From Heteronotia binoei (lineage: Eukaryota), in assembly GCF_032191835.1 (NCBI RefSeq), contig NC_083243.1, positions 127,844,001 to 127,908,000 of the forward strand: DNA of 64,000 nucleotides, in the 5' to 3' direction. Made by a program: the position numbers and the translations under genes. Position 1 is the first letter of the stretch. Every line of letters starts with the position of its first letter. This document shows positions 21,855 to 34,700 of the stretch, piece by piece. Below the pieces are notes generated by a model. That model saw only the letters and a list, made by a program, of their open reading frames with translations, made no database searches and was not told where the DNA came from.

Positions 21855-22089
21855 GAGGACAGGGTGAGTATGGGATGAGGCCAGGTGGCAGACGTTCGCA
21901 TTTGCAAGGATTTTTGGGGTCAGTTTCTGAGGTGTCTTTGAGTCGCCCCTAACTGCCTGTCTGTTATCACCCTGCCATATCAGACAGGCTGTTAGGGGCG
22001 ACTCAAAGACACCTCAGAAACTGACCCCAAAAATCCTTGCAAATGCGAACATCTGCCACCTGGCCCCATCCCATACTTACCCTGTCCTC
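21855..22089. repeat. Long inverted repeat: 109-bp arms, 17-bp loop
   Basis: 21855-21963 pairs with 21981-22089, 4 mismatches by hand count. Confidence 0.95.
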
Positions 22090-22595
22090 TGGCAGCCGCA
22101 GAGGCTCAAAAAGCTACCACTGTCAAAGTGGTAGCAAATTTTTCAGCCACAAGCCAGTCACCTCTTTGGTGTCTGGATGGGGAAGTGCACAAGCAAGGCG
22201 CCTTGGTGGTGTGAAACCAGCAAGTCACCCCAAGCTGTTTCTGGCTTTTTAAAAAAAAACTATCCAAAGTGTTTGAGCGCTTGACTTGTTGGGGAAGAAA
22301 AAGAGCAATTTGGCCTCTGAGGTCCCCCCCCCCCCCGGTCTGATTGCACCAAGCCACCTCACAGACAGGATGGGGCCACCTCACCGGGGAGCATGTGGAG
22401 GGTTCAGGCTGGCTCTTTTTGAGCCGACTCGATTTGGGATGCCTCGAATCCACCCCTAAATGCCCATCATCACTCCCACAGTGTGTTTTTCAGCTCTCTT
22501 TTTGTTGCAGCTCCCTTGCGTAAAAGAAAATCACTAGCTATGAAAAAAGCAGAATAAAATTCAAATATAGAAAATGAAGTCTTCACCCTTTTCAC

Positions 22596-22703
22596 CTCTT
22601 CATTTTTTTTCTGGACCCACTCCTTGTGTTTCAGTTCAGCAACTTTTTTTTTCCTTTCACGTTCCTGCTTTTCCTTTCTTTTCTCCATTTGCATATTTAG
22701 CTC
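22596..22703 (-). CDS. CCDC34: CCDC34 exon 3 (108 nt)
   Basis: ttaatag| acceptor, GAG|gtgaaa donor. Encodes ELNMQMEKRKEKQERERKKKVAELKHKEWVQKKNEE (conserved KHKEWVQKKNE). Confidence 0.95.
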
Positions 22704-23202
22704 CTATTAAATGGAAATATATATATACTAACTGATTTCTGAACACTACAGAGTCAAAAACCAAAATAAAAGCTGATTAAGACAGTAAGCACAGACTCAG
22801 ATACATTTCAAAATCAAAAGTATTTAAAATTTGAAATACTTATTTTAAAAAATCGAACTATATATAAAAGACATAAACTCTGGCAACTTCCAGACATTTC
22901 TGACTCCTTGTAAATGAAATTTTTACCTACCCACCCTGAAAGGCATCAACAACACTGGTCACAATTGTCTCTGAATAAACACACTGCTTGGAGGAAAGGG
23001 AAAAGACAACCCAGAGGAAGGGAGTCAATCTGCATGCAGAAATTTTGGTCTTCTGATTTGTGTCTGTTGTAAAGCAAAGAAACACCTGTGACTTCTGAAC
23101 GTTTATAGGCTTCCTACCATCTGAAGAGTCTTAGGCACATTCCCAAAACACTTCCATGGAGCACTGGAATGTACATTTTATATTGCCATCTGGGTTCTTT
23201 CA

Positions 23203-23482
23203 GAGCCAGTTTGGTGTAGTGGTTAAGTGTACAGACTCTTATCTGGAGAACTGGGTTTGATTCCCCACTCCTCCACTTGCAGCTGCTGGAATGGCCTTGG
23301 GTCAGCCATAGCTCTGGCAGAGGTTGTCCTTGAAAGGGCAGCTGCTGTAAGAATACTCTCAGCCCCACCCACCTCACAGGGTGTCTGTTGTGAGGGAGGA
23401 AGATAAAGGAGACTGTGAGCCGCTCTGAGACTCTGAGATTCAGAGTGGAGGGTGGGATATAAATCCAATATCATCTTCATCT
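23203..23482 (+). mobile_element. tRNA-derived SINE
   Basis: A box tggtgtagtgg and B box gggtttgattccc, 3' gagggtgggatataaat tail. A related older copy lies on minus at about 27220-27443. Confidence 0.8.
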
Positions 23483-23932
23483 TTGTGTGCACTTTTACTG
23501 TGAAGTTCTTATTTTAAGCTGCTCCGTGATCTATGTTTTTGCGGTGCAGCTGGGTATGTAATGCTGTATTTTAATTACTAATGTATATTGTTCTATTTTT
23601 ATTATGTTTTATTTTGTAAGCTGCCTCAGGCAAGTTTCCTCGAAAGGCAGCATAAAAATGTGCTAAACAATCATCAAGGTCCAAAACCAGGCAGTAGATT
23701 TGCAATTCAATGAACAAGTCATTTGCAAAGTAATCACTGCTACTTAAGGCAGTGTTTCCAAACCTGTAGGTCCCAACCCAAAAGCGGGTTGTGTATCCCT
23801 TAAAATGGTTCCTGGACTTTTACAGTTTTATTGATTTATGAATGCTCTTTTTAAAAAGTGGGTCACCATACAAAAAACCTTAGGAACCACTGGTTCCTCC
23901 CACTTAGATTGCATCTTTATTTTAATAGCAAC

Positions 23933-24090
23933 CAGGGGTCGTTTTGTAGAAAAATAGGTAGTGGAGCTCATCCAGGGATTGTTATGCAGCTGCACCTACT
24001 ATTCAATGGACAAGGTGGAGAGGAGGAGGGAGAACCTCAGAAAGGTTCAGGAGCTGTGCTGCTGTGAGCTCCTGCTGAATCTGAGGCCTG
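23933..24090. mobile_element. hAT MITE
   Basis: CAGG...CCTG ends, perfect 8-bp TSD ATAGCAAC. An inverted copy lies at 50722-51180. Confidence 0.85.
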
Positions 24091-24783
24091 ATAGCAACTA
24101 CAACCTCAGACTGGAAGGGACTGCCCACTGAGATAGCTCTAGGACAGGTTTCCTTAGACAGAAAGAAAAAATAGCATAGATGTTTTTTCATGTTAATTTA
24201 AAATTATGTTTGATGGAAGCCTTACAACACCTTTCTGAAGTAGTAGAATCAGGACATTAAAAGCAATGCATAAACATGACCTTAAATAGCATGGGAGAGG
24301 AGAGGAGTCTCTACTCTCAGGAGCTGAGTAAATGAAAGAAAAGGTATGGGAGCCTAACTGTATTCCATAAACTAACTTCTATACAACATATCCAGATGTC
24401 TTACAGTTAACAATCCCTTACACATTCCTTAGCTTGTCTATGTGCAGTATATGTCCCATCCCATGTGAACCCTTAATACAGGCAACCATTAATAAAAATA
24501 CATATGCCCAATCCTTTAAACTTGGATCGTTGCTAAAGAGCTGGATAAACAAAATGAACTGTACTTTCAATTAAACATAATATTAAGAAGATATATATAT
24601 ATATATTACCCACATACAACCAAATGAATGAATCCCCATACTGTAGCTACATAAAAATACATATAAAACCAGTAAAATGTAAAAAACAATATAATCTGTT
24701 TTTCAGACTTAATAAAGAAAACATATATTTTGGTGCCTAATCATCTGCTGTAAAATGTAAATAAAATAATCTGAAGTATTCAC

Positions 24784-24913
24784 CTCCAAAGCTTGTGCTT
24801 GCAAACGAGCACGTAACTCTTTTTCTTTGCAAAGGAACCATTCTTCCCAAGGTGAGAGAGTATCCGCCACAGGTGACTCATTTTGTTGTGTTCTATTTCT
24901 AATGTGCTCGACA
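24784..24913 (-). CDS. CCDC34: CCDC34 exon 2 (130 nt)
   Basis: ttccatag| acceptor, GAG|gtgaat donor. Encodes (S)VEHIRN...TLSPWEEWFLCKEKELRARLQAQALE, matching CCDC34 LTPWEVWF.GKEKE..RLQ.KALE. Phase joins exon 1. Confidence 0.93.
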
Positions 24914-26506
24914 CTATGGAATAGCAAATAAATAATTAGACAGTTTATAGGGATATGATTTGCAAACAAAACTTAAAGGTTAATTAAAGCCATTTTACTA
25001 AGAAATATGGACTATAAATAATGCAGATAAAAAATAAACTTGCAATATGCAGTAACAATGAATTTATTCTAAGTGGGGAAAATGTGAAAAATGTGAAAAT
25101 TGTTGCAAATATGTAAATCAGTATATATAATTTAAACAGACCACCGAAAGTAGGTTTTCCTGGTACAGTATTTTTAAATTTTTGGGACAGATTACACAAT
25201 TTTCTGTGCATATTTTGGCTGCTTCTTTTTCTCTAAAACCCACCATTTTAATTTTACTTTCTTATTTTCTGGTCACCTGAGTTGTTTTATAAATATATTC
25301 TACATTTCCAGTGTTTTCAAAGCACTGCAGTGTAGTCAGAATCAACTGCTATATATTTGCACAGACTTTATTTATATTATCTTTTATATTTGCAATATCT
25401 CAGATTTTGAACACTACAAAGATCCCAGCCCATTTTTGAGTACCCTATCAATACACCAGTACTTTTTTTAAAAAAGGAAACATCAAATAAATTGTGTGGC
25501 TTCTAGGCAGCACATTTTGGCAAACTTGTCATTTGGAATTTTGCTTGAATATGTAAACTGAATTCTGTATTCTTTTTAAAAGCCTGCCCTCAGTGGTAAT
25601 GAAAGTTACTTTTTAGTTTTTTGCACAGGGGACTACCTTTACCTTTTTTTTAGTTTGAAATTTGCCAAGATGTCTTCCCCCTCAATTCTTGCTGACCAAT
25701 CCTATACCATTTCAAGACTAAGTCAAAAGTCTTAGAAGGGTGCAACTTTGTTTAGAATTGTACCTTTGCTCCCATCCTTTTATAATATATTTTGTACGAC
25801 AACTTTGCAATAATTACTCAGGGGTCTTTTGTTCATTCCCAAATCTGGTTTGGATTTTTCCCTCCCCACCTATTGTTAAAACATGCTTGCAACGTTCTGT
25901 TATTGTAGAGCCTGCCTACACATCTGTCCTAGCATGCTGAAACACATTATTTTTCTTCTCCTTTCCTATTTTGATTTGAACAGCTAAACAAATAGCAGAA
26001 AACTTAAGTTATAATTAACCATAGCTCCCTCTAAACTGTGCTGGGGGTGCTGACACACAAATTTTCAACAAGCTGCTCACAGGTTTCTGCTCTCTGATCA
26101 TGGCCTCCATTGGAAATAATGAAGGATGGGGGCAGCTCCTTATGAGGACCATAGAATTGAACACTCTGGTCCAATCTTTTTGAAACTTGGGAATGGTTTT
26201 TGAAAGCAGGCACCAGCAACTAGGCAGCAGTACACCCTTGTACATTCTAGCATGGTTTCATTTTATATTATTGCAGGTTTAAGATAAAGTTCTGCTGAGC
26301 CTGGAACATAGACTGACCTAAAAATACAGATTTTTTTAAAGTGAATGGTCTACTGGAGGTGCTGGGGTATAAAACTACCAACCATGTGACAAAAACTGAC
26401 AGCACTGAGAACACTCCTAAATTGGTAATACAACGCTTCTAGTTTTAAAATATCTCAAGAAACATTTTTCTAAAACATTAACTATAACTGTATTGATTGT
26501 TCTTAG

Positions 26507-26688
26507 CAGGGTCTTTTTTGTAGCAGGAACTCCTTTGCATATTAGGCCACATACCCCTGATGTAGCCAATCCTCCAAGAGTTCACAGGGCTCTTAGTACA
26601 GGGCCTACTGTAGGCTCCAGGAGGATTGGCTACATCAGGGGTGTGTGTCCTAATTTGCAAAAGAGTTTCTGCTACAAACAAAGCTCTG
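26507..26688. mobile_element. Hairpin hAT MITE
   Basis: Internal inverted repeat and perfect 8-bp TSD GTTCTTAG. Confidence 0.85.
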
Positions 26689-27644
26689 GTTCTTAGCTTT
26701 CAATAATTCATTATAGTATTCAAAACACTTCTGGCCCAAGACACAAGGAGTTTGGAAACTACTTCAGAAAGGAGCAATGACAAAAAGAAGTGGACACACT
26801 GTCAATTTCCCAATAAAAAACTTAGATCTTAACCACACCATCAGAAATAGAATAATGGCTACAGAGAAGATTACCTGATCAACTGTAGTTACCAAAATCA
26901 GTAAACACAATAATGCTGTGGAAATTCTATCACTGGAGCTCTGAATATGCAGAATAGTTTTCTTGCTAGAACAGAAAGGACCTATGGTCTGATTCTGTAT
27001 AAAGCAGCATTACAGAACAGACTGAAAAAGCCATGGGTGCTTCATTAGCCAATAGATGCATCGTTAGCCTATTCAGAAAAGAAGTGACTGCCTGCAAGGG
27101 CTTGTGGGTGTCATCTCATTTTCCCGCCATCTTCAGCAGCCCTCACAATCTCTTTTTTCTTGCTTCCCTTCCACCTGCCAGCCCACCCAGTTTTTATCTG
27201 CTCCCCCATCTTCAGCTATATTTGTTATTTATTTACTTTACATTCCACCGTCCTCCACAATGGAGACTCAAAGCAGCTTACACCATTCTCCCCTCCTTCG
27301 TTTTATCCTCACAACCTTGTAAGATAAGTTAGGCTGATGTGTAACTGGCACAAGGTCACTTCCCAGTGCACTTCCACGGCAAAGTGGTCATTTGAACGTG
27401 GGTCTCCCAGATCCTAGTCTGAAACACCACTATATCACACTGGTTTTGTGGGATGTCTGCAGTTGAACAGCAGTCAGTATTCAGGCCCAGGTGAATCATT
27501 CAAGTCAAGTGGTAGCAAATTGCCCTGTGGTTGCTGGTGGACCTGTCTGCAATGAATCCTCCCTCAGCCCCACCTCTACTGACAAAAACGAATGCTTGAA
27601 GACTGCCAATAATGTCGTAGTTGCTCAGCAATGGCCAATGAGGG

Positions 27645-29318
27645 CAATGTCGGCCCTAGCCAATCTGGTGCCCTAGGCAAGACAAACTTCTGCCCCTCCC
27701 CCAAACGAATTTACAAAAACAGATGAATTGTGGGGAAAATGAAAAGCACAAAACTTGAAATTGCTCCCTGACCTGAGCTGAACAGGGTCACCTAATGATC
27801 TCCCCCACCTTCAACAGCTCATTTGGTTTCTTGTCTCTGGCCAGTTTTTCACAGCAGCCGAAGGGCTGCGTTTGTGGTGTGGGTGGTATCTTTCTGTCTG
27901 CCCTGTGCTTCCCACTTAGAACATCCTTCCCTTCCACATGTTTAGCAAAGCTTCATGGAGGTGGTCACATTCCCGACCCTTCTCGCTTCTCTCTGGGGAG
28001 AAGCTGTTGCCCCAGATGAACCACAAGGACTGGCATGGCTGCTCTGGAGTTCCCTCATGGCTGCAGGTCTTCCTAGGTGCCTCTGTGGTCAGCCTGGACT
28101 GGGGAGGGGCAGTTCTGTATCTGCTTCACAGAGCCTTCTATGAATAACTGGAACGTGAAGCAGCCAACTGACATGAATGATTCCTTACCTCCTGACCAGG
28201 TGTGGGCCTCCCTAAGACCTCAGTGGCTGAAAATTTATTTTTATAAAGTTCAGATCTCAACCATCTGTCCTCCACAAAGGCCACCAAGACAGCTAACAAA
28301 ATTAAAAGTATACATTTTTTTTAAAAAAAATCATAGTTTGAAAGCATTTAAAGCCCCTGAGAGTCTTTAACTGAAACTCTCCATTAAGCTTGAGAGGAGA
28401 CAGAAGGAGCTTGATAACAGGATCTCAGTTTATTACTCTCAGCATCCCACAATTAAGAAGGGCACATCTGCCCATCAGCTTCCAATTTTGATATATTTCC
28501 TTCACTATCCCTGCCCCCCAGAATGAACTCCAGTCACATGGTAACCATAAGAACTAAGCATGTTATTCCTGATTAGTCCTGTTAAACATCGTCATTATGT
28601 TGTATGCTAATTTTCTGCTCACCCTCTTCCTTATACGTATGGACTGGTAACTTCCATTTTAATTGAACTGAAGCAGCCTGCAAAAGCTTATACTGTGAAT
28701 AAAACTTTGTCCTTCTGCTGCAGATCAACCCGGCTCCCCACCTGAATACCACCCCCCCCCCCCGAAACACACACAAGCAGGAAAATTAGCCTTTTTCCAC
28801 TTTCCTCCCCCCGCAAACAGCTCAGCCAGGACGATGCTAGAGAGGACCCTACTGGCTTCAAGGCAGCCAGCATCTCCACGTTTTTTTTTAATGGAACACT
28901 GGAAGAGGCTTCTCCCCCCTCCTTTCCGGAAGTGAGGGGGGAACAAAGCTTCCTCCAGCTTTCTATTCAAAAAAACGCAGAGAGGCCAGCTGCCTTGAAG
29001 CTAGTAGAGCCCAGCCTCATCGTGGTGAGCATGGGGGGGGGGGGGGGAAGTGCAGCAGTGCTTGGGGGAGGAGGGCGGTGGTGGCAACGAGCTTTGGCAC
29101 TTGGGGAAAGGTAGCAGCTATGAGCTACGGCGCTGGGGGGGGGGGAGGGCGGCGGCGAGCTTCGGGGGGAAGCGCTGTGAAAGGGAAGAAAGGGGGCTAG
29201 CAATGGGGGAGAGAGGCAAATTTAGCTGGTTGTCATGAGTACTGGGAAGGGGGGAACTCAATTTTGCACCTCTGCCCGCCCAGTGCCCTAGGTTTGCCTA
29301 GTCGGTGAGCCGGCCCTG
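27645..29318. mobile_element. Non-autonomous hAT element, CAGGGCCGGC-type ends
   Basis: Right end ...gagccggccctg, degenerate left end caatgtcggccc, TSD AATGAGGG/AACGAGGG. Confidence 0.65.
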
Positions 29319-30351
29319 AACGAGGGTATCTATTTCTTAAAGCTACAAGTGTTGTTTCTATTAATTTGGGGGAGTTAAACCCCCAATGTTTTTTTAAAAA
29401 AAGTTTTCAGACTCTTCTGAAAACCTGAGGGGTCTTTTTCCAGGTTCACAGAAAGATTGTTCTTGTCCACCCATTGCTCCAGTTTCCAGATTTAGCTATC
29501 CACAACCTTGGCCATGTTGAGAATCAGATACATTGACAATGACTTTTTTTCAGCTCTATGCAGGTCTAATATTCAAAAGTGATGATAGTGTATAGGAATC
29601 TCAACTATTTTCCAGCCCTTTCCAGGAAATTATTATCATTTAACTAAAGGAATTAAGATATAATTCAACAATATGAAGATGAGTTTTTGCTATCTGGCCT
29701 TGTTCCAAATCCTTGTGTGAACATAATTTTTCTCCTCAGCCTACCTGGCAGTAGATCCTACAAGTTGTCAAACCATTTTCTTACCCCCTTGGAATTTAAG
29801 GGCCAAACTATACAATGACTGACAAGTTCCATGACATTTCCTCTTAACTTTTGTTTTAAATGAAAAGCAGATGCAGGAGCCAGGAGCTGAGGTTGGCAGA
29901 ACTGTGGAGGCATGTTTAAACCTTTCCCTTCAAGCTATGTGTGCACCCATAAATGCTCCCTCTCCAAATATCAAAATGCTTTTGTTCAATAGAAAGAAAT
30001 ACCCAAGCATTTATACCTTTCTCTATAGAAGCTGAAAAGCAACTAGGGAGCAAAGACTGAGTGGAAAAATAGCTCAAGTGATTAAGCAACTCCTCACCTT
30101 GTGCTATCCCACTGACTCATGCTGCTTTTGGTTAAAAAAAGATTGTCAACAACTAAGTACCAGTTTTCCTATTTGTCAGTGCTCTGCTTGAAGACAGTGG
30201 TATAGAATTTTCAACCAAGATGACGCACATGTGCGGCCAGAATTTTAAAAATAATATACTATGTACTATAATGAGCATATAATTCCAAAATCCATGTATA
30301 TAAGTATAAAATAACTTGCTTCCTATAGAAAATTATCTGCACACAACACTT

Positions 30352-30690
30352 GTTGTTCGGTCGCACAGTCGAGTCCGACTCTTTGCGACCCCATGGACAA
30401 AGTCACGCCAGGCCCTTCTGTCTTCCACCATCCTCTGAAGTCTGCACAAATTTGTGTTAGTTACATCAGTAACACCGTCCAGCCATCTCATCTTTTGCTA
30501 TCCCCTTCTCCTTCTACCTTGTCTTTCCCAGCTTCGGGATCTTCTCCAGTGAGTGCTCCCTTCTCATTTCATGGCCAATGTATTTGAGCTTCAGCATCTG
30601 ACCTTCCAGGGAACACCCAGGGTTGATTTCCCTTAGGATTGACTGATTTGATCTTCTTGCAGACCAAGGGACTCTCAAGATTCTTCTCCA
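30352..30690 (-). mobile_element. RTE/Bov-B-like LINE 3' end
   Basis: cagtcgagtccgactctttgcgaccccatgga (Bov-B-type 3' end), short CAA tail, and 13-bp TSD GCACACAACACTT (30339-30351, 30691-30703). Confidence 0.85.
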
Positions 30691-31559
30691 GCACACAACA
30701 CTTAGAATTGTCCTAGTACAAGTACCTCCAACTTTTTTGAACACGCAGACACCTTTAAAATTCTGATATAGCATGGCAGGCACAGTCACAAAATGCCTGC
30801 CACAGCCAGACACAAAATGGCTGCCGACACTTACCTTCAGTCACAAAGTGAAGATCAGCGGTGGCACTAGGTTGCCAGCTCAAGGCTGGCGCCCCAGGCA
30901 AGTCACCAGTGCCACCCCAATGCTGGCACCAACAAGCGCAACTGCAGCAGGATTCGTGTCAGTGTGCATGTCGCTGCTGCCCACCATTGTTCTGCCTCTT
31001 GCATCTGTGACGTGAGAGGCAGTGACAGTGGGCAGCAGCAGCATGCACACTGACACCGCTGTTGCTTCTAAGCGGACTATTTCACTCTGCTTAGAAGTAC
31101 AGGTGGGAGGGAAGACCCTCTCCCCAGCTTGGTGCTCCAGGAAGCTGCCTACTATGGCTCAATGGACACGCTGGGCCTGGTGAAGATCATCTTCTGTGGT
31201 AGCAGCTGCTGCCAAACCAGCATTTTAAAAAACCTGCCCAGGCAATTTCCTGTGGCCAGTCAGAACACCTGCTGAGCAAAAGCCCTATTGGCTTTGCCCA
31301 CTTCTAAAAATGGTTGGTGGGTGCCATGGCCTAGTAGTTAAACATCAAATAGTAACTGAAAGTCATTAGGCTCTCTTTGGAACAGCCACTGCATTCAGCA
31401 GTAGGGGTTTATTTTTTTTTTTTTAAATCTACAATTTAAAAATTTTAAGAAAACAGTGTAAACTTATGCATTAATTAAATAAATGCAAGCCTGTATATTA
31501 ACTGGCAGTTTATTGACCACTATTTCCAAAGTACCTGAATAATGTTCAAGATAAATACT

Positions 31560-31757
31560 AGAACGAAGTTTGAGTCCAGTGGCACCTTTTAACACCAATA
31601 AACTTCATCAGATCATGCATTACACAATAGCTTATACTCAGAATTAAACTTTGTTGGTCTTAGAGGTGCCACTGGACTCAAACTTTGCTCTACTGCTTTG
31701 TTCTATTGCAATATGGGTACCTACCTGAATCTAAGATTAGGTAGGTACCCACATTGA
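31560..31757. repeat. Inverted-repeat remnant of a Penelope-like terminal repeat (related pieces at about 49190-49265, 51735-51830, 58553-58630)
   Basis: gagtccagtggcaccttt / ggtgccactggactc inverted pair, plus caatatgggtacctacct / aggtaggtacccacattg. Family assignment from recall. Confidence 0.5.
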
Positions 31758-32618
31758 GGTACTCTGAGCCTGCTTTGGCGGGGAGGGCGGGATACAAATT
31801 AAATATTATTAATAATATCAATCACTAAGTTTACAAGTATTACTGTTATTTTTGAGTTATAAACCTACATTCTCACACAGAATAAAGTCACTGATTATCA
31901 GTTTAGAATACTGGCAGATTGACAGCCTAACATGTAAAGAATCTACTTTTACAAATTATTGTGAGTCATTGCTCACTTCTTCTGAAGCACTGTGCAGTGA
32001 CTCACGGAAGCTCTGGGGGGGAGCCAATGGCCCCCTTGGCCCCACCCTAGTGACGCCGCTGGGCGGGCAGCTGATCACTCTATTCAGTAATATAGGCGGC
32101 TGATTCAAGCTTAACCAGCCGCCCGCCCAGCTTTTTCACTACAGCCGTGGGGAGATGGTGACAACAAGCACCGCCAATCACAGTATTTTAATTTTGTAAT
32201 TTACCAGTAACTGCTGCGCTTCCCACCCTCGGCTTATACTCGAGTCAATAAGTTTTCCCAGATTTTGGGGTAAAGTTAGAAGCCTCGGCGGTAAATAAGC
32301 AGGGACCCATGACTGTCCTCATATTTCCTCCCCCTTACAGCCCCCACACATTCTCCCCTTGCCCTGTTTTCCTTCCCACCTACCTTTCTCAGCTTCCCCA
32401 CTTTCCCTCCCGTACTTCTTTCCCTTCACCTGGCAGTTCAAGTGGCATTTCCTTTCTCTTATTTTCATTTTCCATACTGATCTTCTATCTTGCCTTTCTT
32501 GCCCACTCATTCTTTCTTTCCCACACTCATGTCTAGTGTTAAAATGAAACTGTGGCAACCATTTTGGATTACCTAGGCAATCACAATCCACATCAATGAT
32601 GTCTGCAGTTGCCTAGGC

Positions 32619-32753
32619 CGGCCAACGGTAGGTCTCCAGATGTTTTTTTTGCCTACAACTCCCATCAGCCCCAGCCATTGGCCATGCTGGCTGGGGCTGA
32701 TGGGAATTGTAGGCCAAAAAAAAAATCTGGAGAGCTACCATTGGCCACCCCTG
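32619..32753. mobile_element. About 135-bp hairpin hAT MITE (other copies at 58899-59034 and 60906-61041)
   Basis: Self-complementary. TSD GCCTAGGC here and CAGTAGAC at 60906-61041 (both perfect 8 bp). Confidence 0.85.
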
Positions 32754-33819
32754 GCCTAGGCAATGAAAAATAACCGTTAAGATCTTGTGAGGAAGTTTCA
32801 TAAAAAATATTTCAGCATTTCATTTTACCATCTCATTTTTTTCAACAAGCCTGAGGGTCACCCCAACTTTCTACATCTTCCCTATCTGTACATGAAGACA
32901 CTGTCTAAGCATTGTTAGGTCTACATTCTGAGTTCAGGCGTAGAATTAAATGTATGATATTCATTTAGATTGCCTTGACAAACATGGTGTATACATTGGT
33001 AAAATTCAGCCAGTGTTTGGGAGCCCCAATGTGGTGCCTGTGGGTGACATAACACCCACTGACACCCTTCCTGGTGAACACCAAGTGTTTTTAGAAAGTG
33101 GCAGGGCCAGGTGGGGCTTCTGCAAAACAAGGATTCTGATGGATCATTGAGGATTTTATTGGCTGTACAGGTTTTTTTAAAAAAATGTTGTTTGGGCAGC
33201 AGCTGCCATCATAGTGCAAGGATCTTTACTGTGTGACTGAAGGTAAGCTGTAGTGGCCTCTGTCTCCTATGGCAGCCATTTTGTACCAGAGCTCACCATG
33301 CTTGCCAGAATACCCACCGGCTCAAAAAAGTTGGGGACCCGTTTTGCACACTGTAAGAGGTATGTGTATTTAAGTATTCAGGCTTTTATACTTATGTACA
33401 GAACATGAAGAGGTAATCAGGCCTGATCAGTAGATTTAATTGGAGTCTCCTAGGTTACAAAGCAAGTCCACAAGTGTAGATTGGTGGAGCCAAAATTTGG
33501 GGAAATTATGTTCTACAAATCTACATATATTGCTCTTTAAGCAATGTCATTCTACCTAATACACCTGCTGCTCTCAATACAGCATACAATGGGTAAAAGA
33601 AAAAAAGGCCAGATTCACAGATCTTGCTGCTACCTGTCTAAGACAGGTCAAACATTCTCATAACCTGTGCTACTTCTGGCTCACCACTCCAGTTGTACTA
33701 TATCTACGGTCTAGAATACTTTCCATCTAGAAATCTAATAAACTCTGAGCCCCTTCATTTCAGTTGTTCCCCGACAGCCTCCAGCTAGTTTAGGGTAGCC
33801 TGAAAGTTAGAGCTGCGAT

Positions 33820-34700
33820 TAAGAGGGCGGGGCAGCCACATTACCTATGATGTTTACTTCTTTGAGAGATGCTCATTCCCCTGCTAGCTGATGTTGTATC
33901 TTCCTCTTGCTCCTTGAGGTGTAATCTTGGGAAACTTTGATGGAAACTTGGGGAGAGCAGGGAGGAAGTAGAAGACTTCCCGGCCCCCTCATCTTCGGAG
34001 CTAGCAGGGGAGGGTGGAATGGAACAAGCTGCTTCCCGCCTGCTCTTCGGGGGCACGGAAATGGGCATGGTGGCGACAAAGATCTGCGAAGAAGAACCAG
34101 AAGATGAGCCGAAACCGTTTCTCAAGGCTACCTCCCCGCGCCCCGCTTTAAAAAAAATAAAAAAATTAAGCCTTGCTCCACTCGACCCTCACCCCTTCCC
34201 CGAACCAAAGGGCATGTCCCTCCCGCTCGGCTCGCCTCACTTGCCCGGCCCACTCACAGCGGCCCTGCCCCCATCAACGGCTCAAGGAAAAGAGAGAGGG
34301 GAAAACAACCGTTTGCTGTACCTGAGGCCGCCGCTTTGAAAGCCGCAGCTGCTGGCCGGTTCCCAGCCTTCCCTGCGGCCCAAGCGGCTCCACCAATCAC
34401 CAAGTGAGTGAGCGCCATGGCAACGAGGACGCCTCTGGCCTAGTACCCGCAGCCCGCCTTGGCACTTTGCGCCTCACGCTGCTGTGCCTCCTAGAGAGCG
34501 AGTTCTTCCACTTCCCTCTGAGAAGCTCCCTTCTTCTCCCTTTCATGTTTTCCAGCCAGTCTCCTAAACCTTTTGTTTCTCATTCTCGCTTTCCCCCCCT
34601 CCCCATCCTATTGTCCTTGGTCAAATTACTTCAATAATGACGCCAATGACGTCATAATAGGCACTTTACTCCCCGGGAAGCCGCAGGCTAGGCAAGAAGT
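33820..34700 (-). promoter_or_regulatory. CpG-island promoter of CCDC34 with candidate X-box (34411-34424), CCAAT boxes (34393, 34643) and CRE (34647-34654)
   Basis: Local CpG enrichment around exon 1. Motifs AGCGCCATGGCAAC, CCAAT and palindromic ATGACGTCAT read directly. GC box at 33825-33832. Confidence 0.7.
33845..34068 (-). CDS. CCDC34: CCDC34 coding exon 1 (224 nt, phase 2)
   Basis: Perfect Kozak GCCACC-ATG at 34068. Encodes MPISVPPKSRREAACS...STSSLLSPSFHQSF...SASRGM, resembling CCDC34 STRSLLSPLGHQSF. Donor AG|GTAA at 33845/33844. Lies in a CpG-rich region. Confidence 0.85.

Noticed and set aside
23203-23280. tRNA genes at SINE heads (also 38310-38380)
   Set aside because: A/B boxes are present but run into SINE bodies with no acceptor stem or cloverleaf.
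34019-34339. Plus-strand 106-aa ORF or a bidirectional partner gene at the CCDC34 promoter
   Set aside because: Low-complexity Pro-rich frame expected from GC-rich DNA antisense to exon 1. No recognisable domain and no downstream exons found.
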